Shown here in pieces: positions 1 to 56,471 of a DNA stretch of 64,000 nucleotides; within the stretch, counting starts at the first letter, position 1; every line of letters begins with the position of its first letter. The notes beneath the pieces are model-generated. The model was not told where the DNA came from. It made no database searches and saw only the letters and a list, made by a program, of their open reading frames with translations. The position numbers and the translations under genes are program-made. The stretch is from the human T2T-CHM13v2.0 reference genome, Homo sapiens: assembly GCF_009914755.1 (NCBI RefSeq), contig NC_060943.1, one strand, 5' to 3'.

Positions 1-31
1 AACAGCCTGGACCCATAAGGACATTTCCTCT

Positions 32-1056
<1,025 letters not shown>

Positions 1057-1135
1057 TCAGGCCCAGCCCCCTTTCGTCAGACCCCGCCCCCAGCCCTGCT
1101 GAGCGACCCCGCCAGTCGGGTCCATCCTGCAGTAA

Positions 1136-3814
<2,679 letters not shown>

Positions 3815-4085
3815 GTGCCCCTGCAGATGGGCAGAGGGATGCATGGGGATGCAGGTCCCTTGCATTTCTTGGTATCTCTCAGCTTTTCCTCTTGCAGCTC
3901 CCCCTACCAGGGGTCGCTTTCTCCTGGATTGCAAATGCCTCTTCAGTTTGGACTCAGCTCTGACAGCCCCTCCTCCAGGAAGGCCTTCCAGGACTTCCTC
4001 CTCTGGGTCCTCTAGCTCTGACCCTATAGGGACTCCAGATCTCAACCTGTTCCCTGGAAGTAGGGCCTGCTCTCCATCCCAGTGA

Positions 4086-4091
4086 AATAAA
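4086..4091 (+). terminator. OCEL1 polyadenylation signal AATAAA
   Basis: First AATAAA after the stop, about 270 nt downstream. Confidence 0.85.
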
Positions 4092-4118
4092 CATGTATTA
4101 GACACCTACTGAGTATAA

Positions 4119-4511
<393 letters not shown>

Positions 4512-5337
4512 TGACCCCAGTGTGTGGGCACGGTCCATATGCATGGCCTGGGGGGAGGCTCTTCCAGTGTCTGACCCATCCCAGGCCCTAGCTGTGATGG
4601 GTGGGGCACAGGTGGGGCCAGTCTCCCTGTGGGAGCCATGTAACAGCAGACCAGAAGCTGTCCTCTGAGTTTCAGTCTCCCAAGGGAGCCACAGGGGCAA
4701 GAAGCAACCAGGAAGACCAACTACATGCAGGGGAGACAGCGTCAACCACTGGGCCACCACGATTGTCCTCAAGAAGGCCCTAGTCTGGGGAAGATAGCCC
4801 TGAGTCCAGTAAAAGAAGGCTGCACAGCAGAGTCTTAATAGCCAGGGAGGCTCAAGATCTCTTCCCGCAGGAAGGGCCATGTGGGTAGGGTTTTGTAGGA
4901 AAAGTAGGAGTTCAGCAGTCAGGCCTTGGACAGACATCCAGATCTCTGGCCTGGGGCCAAACAGCAGGACAGACACCATGGTCTCACTCAACCCTCAGAT
5001 GTCCTGTGCATTGGATAAATGAGACCTTGCTGTCCAGTTTGACTGGAGTAGACATGGACCCACTCACTCACAGGACACCATGGAGAGACCCTGACCTAAT
5101 GCAAAACCCAGTGCAGCCTTCAACGAGAACCTGGTGTCCTCTCCATCCCGCCCCTGCCTCAGTTCCCTTCTGGGAACGTGCCCACAAGAAACCCTCACTG
5201 ACTCCACAGGAGGGGCCTAATCTCTCGTCTTCCAAGGCTTTCTTCAAGATGGACATGGGGAGACTAGGGAGCATTTTGGCAAACTGGGGCTGCTTAAGAG
5301 CTGAGCACTGGCCCAGCAGGCAGCGTGACAGACTTGA

Positions 5338-5481
<144 letters not shown>

Positions 5482-6130
5482 TGAGTCTCCCGAGTAGCTG
5501 GGATTACAGGCTCCTGCCACCACGCCTGGCTACAGAAGGACATCAGTGAGAGGTGCCACCCCCACCACCATTCGGGCCCTTTCTCTCTGCCCCCCTACAG
5601 CTCTGGTGCTGAATTCCACAGGTGCCTTTCCCACCACAGAGCTGTGCCACACACTCCCGAGGCTGGGACGGGAGAGTCCCTGGTACCCCACATGATTCCG
5701 TATCAACCCAGTGAAGCCCACATTTCAAAGTCTTGGCCTTGTAGGTGCCTGACTCCCAAACGTCAATCTCTGAAACAGATTTTTAGTTCCATGTGAGAAA
5801 AAAAACTGAAGTCAGATTGACTCAGGCACAAAAGGGGGGAGACTGAGTTCACAGAACTTAAAACACCCAAGGGTTTCAGGTATGGCTTGATCTGGGGCTC
5901 CAAAGGCATCTTGGGAAATTGATCTTCCATCCTTGGCTCTGCTTTAATTAGATTCTCCCAGTTCCAAATCCCACCGTGCAATCTCACTGGCTAGTTTGAC
6001 ATCCCAGGGCCTCCATAAACCAGTTGCTGTGGCCCAGGGAATGGTGGTCTCTGATTGGCTCGCCTTACATCATGTGACAGGACTGGCCCCAGAGGTTTCT
6101 CCCAAGGACATTGGAGCCCAAACAAGATTA

Positions 6131-6802
<672 letters not shown>

Positions 6803-7234
6803 TCATCATGTAGTGTCTGACATAGGTTACGTGTCCAGAGGATCTGCCTGGCACACGCTAGCTACCCCTGCCCACTGGAGCAGCCCCTCTGGCCGACGCC
6901 AGGCCTTTGTCCATCATGCCAGGGAAGCCAACCCCACCATCCCACAAGTTCATGCTAGGGGTGCTGAGGAACAAGGCTGTCCTAGGATTGGACCCTCCAT
7001 CCTGGACAGGGGTCCTGGGGAGGATGAGGCTGAGGCCTGGATGATCAGTCTCTTTTTGGTTTCATGATCATTTAAAAAACAGAAAAGACAAACATTTCAC
7101 AGTCTTTAAAAAATAGAAGTCTGAGGAGAGAAGCCAGAGTCCTGGGCCCCGGGAGGCCCCTCGAGGCCTCAGCATTCCCTGTCCCTTGAGGTCTGTCTGC
7201 AGGCCTGGCCACAGCACACGTGGCCCCGTCATGG

Positions 7235-20093
<12,859 letters not shown>

Positions 20094-21308
20094 AGCCCCA
20101 GGGCAGCGGGGCCGGGGCGCCCCCACCGCGCTCTTCCCTCCGGGCACCCCTCTCGGCCCGGGGGACCCTACGCGGCGCGCATTCGGCCCCGGCGCGCGGG
20201 GGGCACGGGCTGCACCCCCCAAAAAAGTTTTGCAGCAACTTCCTGCGGCCGGTCCTCGCGCCCGGGCGGAACTGGTCGGGCCGGTTCCAGGCCAACTTTC
20301 CCACGCGTGCGCGGGGCCGGGCCCGGGGCCGGGAGGGGCACGCTAGAGGCGCGGGCCGGGGGCCCAGAGGACTCGCGTCCCGCCGCCCTGGGGCCCCGGC
20401 GGGGGCGCGCGGGCCATGGCCCGGCCCGAGCCGCGCAGGGGGCGTCCTCTGGCCTGGCCGCCGCTCGCCCGGGGGCTGCGGCCAACTCAGCGGGCCGCCA
20501 TCCGAGCGCGGGAGGCCGGGGGGAAAGTTTGGCCGCAAGTTGCGCGGCCGCCCGTGGCGGGGGGGGAGGGGCGGCGGGTGCGCGCCGGGGCTGATCGCCG
20601 CGCCCCCTGGGTCCCCCGGCGCCCGCGGCTGCCGCTCCGGGCCTGCAGGGCCGCTGGGCCGGCGCCTCTGGAGCTGCCGCCCCCGCTGCGGCCGCTCCTG
20701 CCTGGCCTGGGCCTGCGCCTGGGCCCAAGCCTCGCTCTCGCCGCCGCCACCGCCACCGACCCCGCGCGCCGGCCTCGCGCTGCGGCCGGTTTGACACACA
20801 GCGTTCCATTCGCGGGGCGGGCGGGGGGCGGGGGCGGGGGCAGGGGCGCGCGCCGCGGGCTGGGGGCGGGCGCTCGTTGCCCCGGCGACGGCCGCCCTTA
20901 TAAGGGCATGGGTGGCCGCGCGCGGCGCCGGGCGAACGGGCCGGCGGGAGGGACGGGGGCCGAGCGCTGGGCCGCGGGGCCTGACCCTCCCCCGCCTCCC
21001 TCTGCCCCTCCCCCCGCACCCCCGCCCTCGCCCTCGCCCGGCTCGGGCCTTAACCCCTGCCGGGCCGCGGCGGGAGCCTCAGCCGCGCCTGCCCTCTGCC
21101 CTTCCTTGAGCCTCGCCAAGATGTCTCTCCAAGGCCCTCCCCTCCACCTCTGGCCTTGGACGTTGGGTCGCTCGATCACCCTCGAGGCGCCCCTCGGAAC
21201 CTCTCCCCACCCCACAGTTCCTGGCAAAGCAATGATGGGGGGCCAGTGGCACCCGGGGGGGGGGTACGCCCCTGCGCAAGACACACGCGCGCGCGAGACA
21301 GACAGACA

Positions 21309-21310
<2 letters not shown>

Positions 21311-21348
<38 letters not shown>
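21311..21348. repeat. (CA)19 microsatellite
   Basis: Perfect CA run preceded by (GACA)n and ACACACGCGCGCGCG. Confidence 0.95.
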
Positions 21349-21352
<4 letters not shown>

Positions 21353-22444
21353 AGATTGTGTTTGCTTCCTCTTCCAGAAAGTCGCCGCGTCTGACCCCCA
21401 CCCCACCCTTTCTCTGCTCGGGTTAACACCTGGTGCCCGGAATCTCCAGGGGGAAGGGATGTTGTGGTCTGAGACCGGCTGGCCGGGGCCGCGAGGTCAG
21501 GGGGCCCCTCTGCAGAATTTCTGGCCTCCGGGGACAGGGCGCCCACCCGCCCCGCGCGGCTGGAGGCGACAGGCATGCCCTGTCTGGGGGCCTGCCCCTT
21601 TTTCCCTTTTAATTTCCTTTTCTTTCTGTGCTTTGCAGAAAGGGCTTGGCCTGGCGGCCGGCTGGACTGCAGATGTCTCTTCCAGGCGCCCTGGAGCCTC
21701 GCAGCTGCCGCCACCTCCAACTCACCCCATCCCCCAGTACCGGGGCTGGGGCCCGCCCGACCAGCATTTATTAAGCACCCTTTGTATGCGAGGCCCGGGC
21801 TGGCGAGCCTCTGGCTCTGGGCAGGTTAACCTTTAACCGGCTGGACAAGCCCTTCCAGGAGTGACCTTTCACCTCGGAGTCTTGCAGCCCCAGCCACCCA
21901 GACTGTGGTCCCACCCCGCCCTGAGCCCAGAGCTGGACACCAGAGCATGCAGCTGGGCCTCTGAGAGCTCTGGCCAGGACAGTGCCTTCTGCGCACCCCC
22001 TCCTCTGCCTCCCAGAGCCCTGATGAGACTTGAAGAATTGCCCTCCCTGGAGTAGGGGGAAAGATTCTTAGAGATCTTACAACACTTAAAAAGAAACTGA
22101 GGTTCTGGGAGAGCCAGGCACACCCAGCCCTGGGCCTCTCAACCTGCTCCAGGGACGTTCTGGCTGCCTGGGAGGTGGAGGAGGAGGCGTTAGTAAACAC
22201 AAAAAGCAGGAAGGACTAGGATTAGACATGAGCAAGGACTTCCCGAGGTCTAGAGTCGGGTTCTGCCCACAGCCTGATGTAATCCCTGCTGGGAGAGAGG
22301 AAGGCGTGGGTGGGCAGAGACGACCCTTTGGTTCTGAGGCTGCATGGGAATGTGACTGGTAATTTGGGATGAGGGCAGGGATCCTAGGCCCCTTGCCTGG
22401 ACCTGCTAGGATCTTTGGTGGGGAGCATTGGGGTGGAGGTCTCA

Positions 22445-22615
<171 letters not shown>

Positions 22616-24930
22616 TTATAATCACGTCACGTCACTCCACTCCAGCGTGAGCAAGACCCTGTCTCAAAAAAAAAAAAAAAAAAGAAGAGGGAGAGAAGAC
22701 TCAAGGAATCTTGAGGGGATTGTGAAGGGGAGGGAGCAAAGAACTAGGTTTGGGGGAGACAAGTCTTGCGAGGCAGCTGAGAGCTGGGTGGGAGATGGGG
22801 GAAGAAAGACCATCGCAGATCCCAGAAACTCCAGTAGTTCCAGTCCCAAAGGCTGCCCCACCCCCTTCCAGTAGCCTGGCCACCCCTGTGCCCCCTGGGG
22901 CCCGCCTGGGGGTGGATCAAGGCTCTACCCCGCCTCCCTGACCCCTGCCCGCGGCCCTGCAGTAACATTTGACCTTGCGGCGGCCGCAAACCAGGGACAA
23001 AGGGGCCTAGGCCCATCTGCTGAGGGGGCACCCGTGGGAATGGCCAGATCCTGCTGGGGCAGCCTGGGAACCTGTCTCCGTCCTCCCACATGTGACCTTG
23101 GCTCCCTTTGCCCCTCCACAGGCAACCTGGTGGGACCAGGAACTCAGGTCTTAGACTCTGGGGCTCGGCAGGGTACAGGGAAGAAATTCAGCTTCTCTGC
23201 CCCACCCCAACACGAGCAAGGTGGTCTGCCTCCATTTCCCTGCTTTCTTCAAAGTTGGCCCAAGTCCAGGGACAGCGTGTGGGTCGGAAGGTGACTAGCC
23301 CCAGCCCTCGCTGGAGGGGACTGTGCTCGCCACCATACTTCTTGTTCTGTTTCTGGGGTCAGGTTGACTGGATTCAAGTCCAGGCCGCTGACTGGCGCTG
23401 ACCTCAGGCTGACGTGGTCCTGCCCTGGGAGAGGCGGTGAACACACCTGCACAGGTGAGGCCTGGAGCACCTGCCCCCAAGGCTGGGAATGAAAGTCTTT
23501 CTAATCCCTGTCTCGGGTTTCAGCTGCCACCCTGAAGGGGGACAGCTGGCCACTAATCCAAGCTTGGCTGGGTCGTTCCAAGCTCCCCTTTCCCAGACTC
23601 AGCCAGTCCTGGTGTGGAGGGGCAGGGAGATGTGACTTATGCAAATGACATGCTAATTCATTGCCTGCTATTAACCTGACACGTCCCACAGCTCCTGGGC
23701 CCCCAGGAGAAAGCTGGAACTGGCCACCATTGGCATTCATTCTGAGTTTCTCTTGAAGTACAACGCCCCCTGAGTCCCAGACTATTACCTTTGCTATGCC
23801 TGTCCCCCACCCAGAAACCCTTTACCTTATTTTATTTATTTATTTTTGAGACAGACTCTCCTATTTTGCCTAGGCTGGTCTTAAACCCCTGGGCTCAAGC
23901 AGTCCTCCTCCCTCGGCCTCCTGAGATACTGGGATTACAGGCAAGCTCGACCACATGGAGTCCAGAAACCCTTGACCTTAGCTTTGAGTTAGTAGCAACT
24001 CGTCATCCACACCCTGAATCTGAACCATTCCAGCTTCAGTCTCCCTCCTTTTTGTTTTGTTTTGTGTTTTATTTATTTATTTAGAGACAGAGTTTTGCTC
24101 TTATTGCCCGGGCACGATCTTGTTGTTGGCGCGATCTCGGTTCACTGCAACCCCCGCCTCTCAGGTTCAAGCAATTATCCTGCCTCAGTCTCCCGAGTAG
24201 CCGGGATTACAGGCATGTGCCACAACACCCAGCCAATTTTTGTATTTTTAGTAGAGACGGGGGTTTCACCATGTTGGCCAAGCTGGTCTCAAGCTCCTGG
24301 CCTCAGGTGATCCTCCCCGCCTCGGCCTCCCAAAGTGCTGGGATTACAGGCATGAGTCACCACGCCTGGCCTGTTTTTTTTTTTGAGACAAGGTCTTACT
24401 CTGTGACCCAGACTGGAGTGCAGTGGCGTGATCTCAGCTCACTGCAACCTCCACTTCCCAAGCTCAAGTTACCCTCCCACTTTAGCCTCCTAAATATCTT
24501 TATAGGCACATGCCACCACGCCTGGCTAATTTTTGTATTTTTTTGTAGAAATGGGGTTTTGCCATGTTGCCCAGGCTGGTCTTGAACTCCTGGGCTCAAG
24601 TGATCTACCCACCTTGGCCTCCCAAAATGCTGGGATTACAGATGTGCACCACTGAGCCCGGCCCCCTTCAGGAAAATCTGCCAGCCAAACCCAGCATCTC
24701 CCTGGGAAGGGGCTGCCAGGAGAAGCTCTGTCCAGTCCCCATGAATCCCTCCCTGGGCTTCGGGAGACAGGCCAGTTGGAACTTCAGCTGTGGCTATGCA
24801 ACCTCACGGACCCCCGAAATGCGTCAGTCCCAGGGACCTGGTCCCATAGCCCAGGTTGCTTCTGGCCTGACCCCACTGATATGAAGTTCACATTCCACTT
24901 GGTGCCAGGCCAAAGACACCTGAGTCTTTC

Positions 24931-24936
24931 TTTATT
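24931..24936 (-). terminator. USHBP1 polyadenylation signal AATAAA
   Basis: TTTATT on the + strand, about 165 nt past the stop. Confidence 0.8.
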
Positions 24937-25102
24937 GCCTGGCCACGCCCCATCAGGCCCTGGACACCCATGTGCACCAGCTTCCCTCACGCCAAATGTG
25001 CCCCAACATGCCAAATCATGCAACATGACATGATGTCACTCCAGGACAGTTTATGACATGCCACAGCTGTCTGGCATGTCCAGACATGGCTGGGTAAGGG
25101 GC

Positions 25103-39180
<14,078 letters not shown>

Positions 39181-39659
39181 TGCTGTCCAGAAGCCAGTGC
39201 CCTCTGAATGCTTCTCCTTCGTCAACCCCTAAAACCACAGCCTGCCATGAGCTCTTGCCTTTGTTGTCCTGGACAAAGGACAACCTCAATTTCCTCTGCT
39301 GTGAAATGGGGCACTGACTACCCCTCAGGAAGGGATTTTGTTATCAATGTTGATTGGGCAGATTTGAATGCCTCCCTGGACAGGGAGCTCACTACCTAAG
39401 AAGGTTGTCCTGATCTCCCCCTTCTTCTCTGCCTTCTTTACCTTCACTACGTCTTTGTCCACTTTCCTCCTCTATTTGAGCCTGGGAATGCGATCTCAAG
39501 AATTCCCTCTCCTCCCCGGCCCTCCTAAATGAGAGGTTCAGCTCTCTCTACCTCTCTGATCCTCTGGGGGTAACTTGATCAGAGGCCTGAGTCCCGGGAC
39601 ACTCTGTTGGGGTCACTCTGACCACTGCCTGTTCAGGCCTGGGCTGGCCAAGCCTGGCC

Positions 39660-39730
39660 TGGGAGGGGCTGGGAAACAGGAAACCCCCTCCCCTGGTCAC
39701 GTGACTTGTTATTGTGTTGTTTCCTTCTCG
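39660..39730. promoter_or_regulatory. Probable USHBP1 proximal promoter (ETS, E-box, SOX-like motifs)
   Basis: AAACAGGAA 39674-39682, GTCACGTGAC 39696-39705, ATTGT 39711-39715; lies upstream of a plausible non-coding exon donor near 39551. Confidence 0.5.
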
Positions 39731-39866
39731 GGGACAGCGGCTTCCTGCAGCCCTAGCGGGGCACACATACCTGACTCCCAAGGTTTCAGCCCCTCCTCTT
39801 CTCAGCCTCCAAACTCATGGCCCTTCTAGCTCTGACTCTTGGATTTTATTTCTCAAGAGCTAGAAT

Positions 39867-41735
<1,869 letters not shown>

Positions 41736-41939
41736 GCCATGAAAAAAGAGGTAGGCTTGAAATAGGCCCGACTTAGCTTCGCTCCACCTACAGTGACCCA
41801 ATAAGACCAGAGTAAGTATTTTTTGATTCATGCAAATATATGTAAAATAAGGAACAAGAATTAAGTAATTGGGAAGGGCCCTGGATGCTCAGGCCACACC
41901 CACATGGGAATACCTGCCCCACATGGAGGCTCAGGCCAG

Positions 41940-42410
41940 CTCCACCAATCACCAATCAGCTCCTCCTCTTTCCCTAAATCGGCCTTCTCCGTCCCTCTTA
42001 GCCTATCACATTGCAAGCTCCACCTCTATTCCACGTTTCAGCCTATCACGGTAGAAGCACTGACTATTGTAGTCTGATTCGGCCAAAAACAAAAATTCAC
42101 TAATTTTTTTAATCCAATCACATTTCATACTTTGCTCCAGTGTAGCCAATCACATTCCAGGTCCCGCCGCACCCAGCTCCAGGCAGCTCTCACTCCAAAC
42201 CCCACCCCCAACCCAGTTTCAGCCTATCAGTTTCCAAGTTCTTTCTAGCCTCAACCAGTTTCTGTCTCTGCTTGTTCTGCAGCCCGCTGAACTACATTTC
42301 CCAGGAGGCGTCGGGGCTGCGCCGTACAACTTCCGGCTGTAAAGATGGCGGCTTCCTAGTGAGTCGGCGGCTGATTTAGAAGGAGGTTCAGGCTACGGTG
42401 AGCCGAAGGT
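41940..42410 (+). promoter_or_regulatory. BABAM1 promoter and non-coding exon 1
   Basis: CCAAT cluster; ACTACATTTCCCAG (ZNF143/THAP11-type) 42291-42304; CTTCCGG (ETS) 42330-42336; AAGATGGCGGC (YY1) 42342-42352; donors after 42397 and 42408. Confidence 0.8.
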
Positions 42411-43688
42411 GGGTGGTGAAAGCGTGTGGGGCCCGTTCCTAGGGGCCCAGCTCCCTTTGCCCCAAGAGATCCAGCTCCTCGCCTTTCCTGGGGCTTCCGC
42501 CTTTATTTCTGGTTTCTCCTGCAGTGTAGCCTCCATCCTTCTTGCTGCCGCTAAAGCCTTGTTTTTCTTAGAGGTGTGGGGACTGCAAGGCGCTCAAAGA
42601 CCATCTTGGGAAGCCCGTGCCTATTTCCCAGATAGACAAACTGCTCCATTCGCGTCCTGTTTCTCTCCAAGGGGAACCACAGTACTAATATTTTGCTTCT
42701 CCCTCATGCAGACACCCGCTAGGGACGAGGGTGTCCTAGAGGTTATTATTCCCTTATTCACCAAGACATTTTCAGTTTTAGGTAACAGAAAACCCTACTC
42801 AATCTGGCTTAAGGAAGAAAAGGAAGTTGGTGGCTTATAGATTGGGTCTAACAGGAGCTGGGTCCAGGTGGTCAGAATTCGATCTGCAGTTTTCTCGGTG
42901 GAGACCATTTCGCTTTTTACCGAGGCAAAAGGGGCCCCTCACAGCTCTCAACTTTATTCTACCAGCTCTGCAACTCTAATGAGAGTCTCTTTTCCTTGAT
43001 GACACTGCTAGAAGTTGCAGAGCTGCCACTCAATGGCCTGATTTGGGTCATGTGCCCATCCCTGAGCCATTTTCAGTGGCCAGAGAGCTGGGATGTGCTC
43101 ACTGGCCGAGTAGGGGCATGGGGCTAGCACTACGTTAAAAAAAAAAAAGAGGAAAAAAGAGGGGGGACTGTTATCTTATGTCGGAGTGGCTGCTCGGCTG
43201 AGAGGTGTAAAAGGCAGCCATTCTGCAGCTGAGGAAAGTGACTCCCTAAGAGGAGTGACTCATCATCAGTAAGCGGCTCATCGCCCCTCTTCCTTCTTAG
43301 TAACCAATCTTTTTTTTTTTTTTTTTTTTGAGACGGAGTTTCGCTCTTTTTGCCCAGGATGGAGTGCAGTGGCGGGATCTCGGCTCACCGCAGCCTCCCC
43401 TCCCGGGTTCAAGCGATTCTCCTGCCTCAGCCTCCCGAGTAGCTGGGATTATCCGCATGCGCCACCACGCCCGGCTAATTTTGTATTTTTAGTTGAGACG
43501 GGGTTTCTCCATGTTGGTCAGGCTGGTCTCGAACTTCCAACCTCAGGTGATCCACCTGCCTCGGCCTCCCAAAGTGCTGGGATTACAGGCATGAGCCACC
43601 GTGCCCAACCGTAACCAAATGTTTTTAAAACTCCAAGGGGAGGATTCTGGCTTCCCCTGTCCGTGTTCCATCTAGCCACACAGGAGCC

Positions 43689-53936
<10,248 letters not shown>

Positions 53937-54202
53937 ACCATCCCTGTACATCTGCACCTTCTTGTGCAAGGAAGTCCTTGGCCTAAAGCCTTGGTTCTCA
54001 AACTGGGTTCCTTGGGACCTCCGGGGTGGGGGGGTTCCAGGAGGCACGTAGGGTACCTTGCAGGGTCCTAGGAGGGAAACCCAGGATTCCAGGAGGGATC
54101 CCAGGAACTGTGGGCACCCATTTTCTGTGTCTCCCAGCCCATTTCCACTCCTAGTTTGTCATGGATAATTTTTGTTCTTCCCTGTGTGATTTTTGCCATC
54201 AA

Positions 54203-54208
54203 AATAAA
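54203..54208 (+). terminator. BABAM1 polyadenylation signal AATAAA
   Basis: About 265 nt past the stop, with T/GT-rich sequence downstream. Confidence 0.85.
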
Positions 54209-54779
54209 AATTTGAGACTCGTTAACCGAAGTCCACGCCAATCACTTTGTGTTAATGGGGATCATCTTCATTGCAAGTGATGGAAAACTTAGCCACTGAG
54301 CAAAGGTGAGTGGCTGCTTTCTTGTAGATGAAAAAGCCCCGGGATGTGGAGGTTGCAGCGAGTTGAGATTGCACCACTGTACTCCAGCCTGGTGATAGAG
54401 TGAGAGCTTTTCTCAAATAAAAAAGAAAAATTCAAAAATAAAAAAGATGAAAAAGCCAAGAGAACAGCTTCAGGCTTGGCTGTGTCCAGGTGCTAGGACA
54501 ACATTGCCATTTGGGAGGGTACTACATGGTTGCTAGTCAATGTGCCCTGCTTACCCCCCAACCAATGGAAAGGTGTGTGATGGCTTCAACCACTCCCCAG
54601 ACCCCAATCCAGGTCAAGGCAGAGTTCTCTCAGCATCTGGATATGATTGGACTCCCCCGGGGGGATACATGACCTTCAATTAAGAGCTAGTCATGTACCA
54701 GGGTTGTGTGATGTTCTGATGAGCCAGGCCTGGATCATACATCCCTAAGGGGGAGGTTTAAGAGCTCCATCAGCAGTAC

Positions 54780-56471
<1,692 letters not shown>

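Noticed and set aside
5760-6130. Old LTR-like fragments here and at about 42760-43130 and 54250-54750
   Set aside because: They resemble degraded ERVL-type LTRs, but I cannot assign family or boundaries without RepeatMasker
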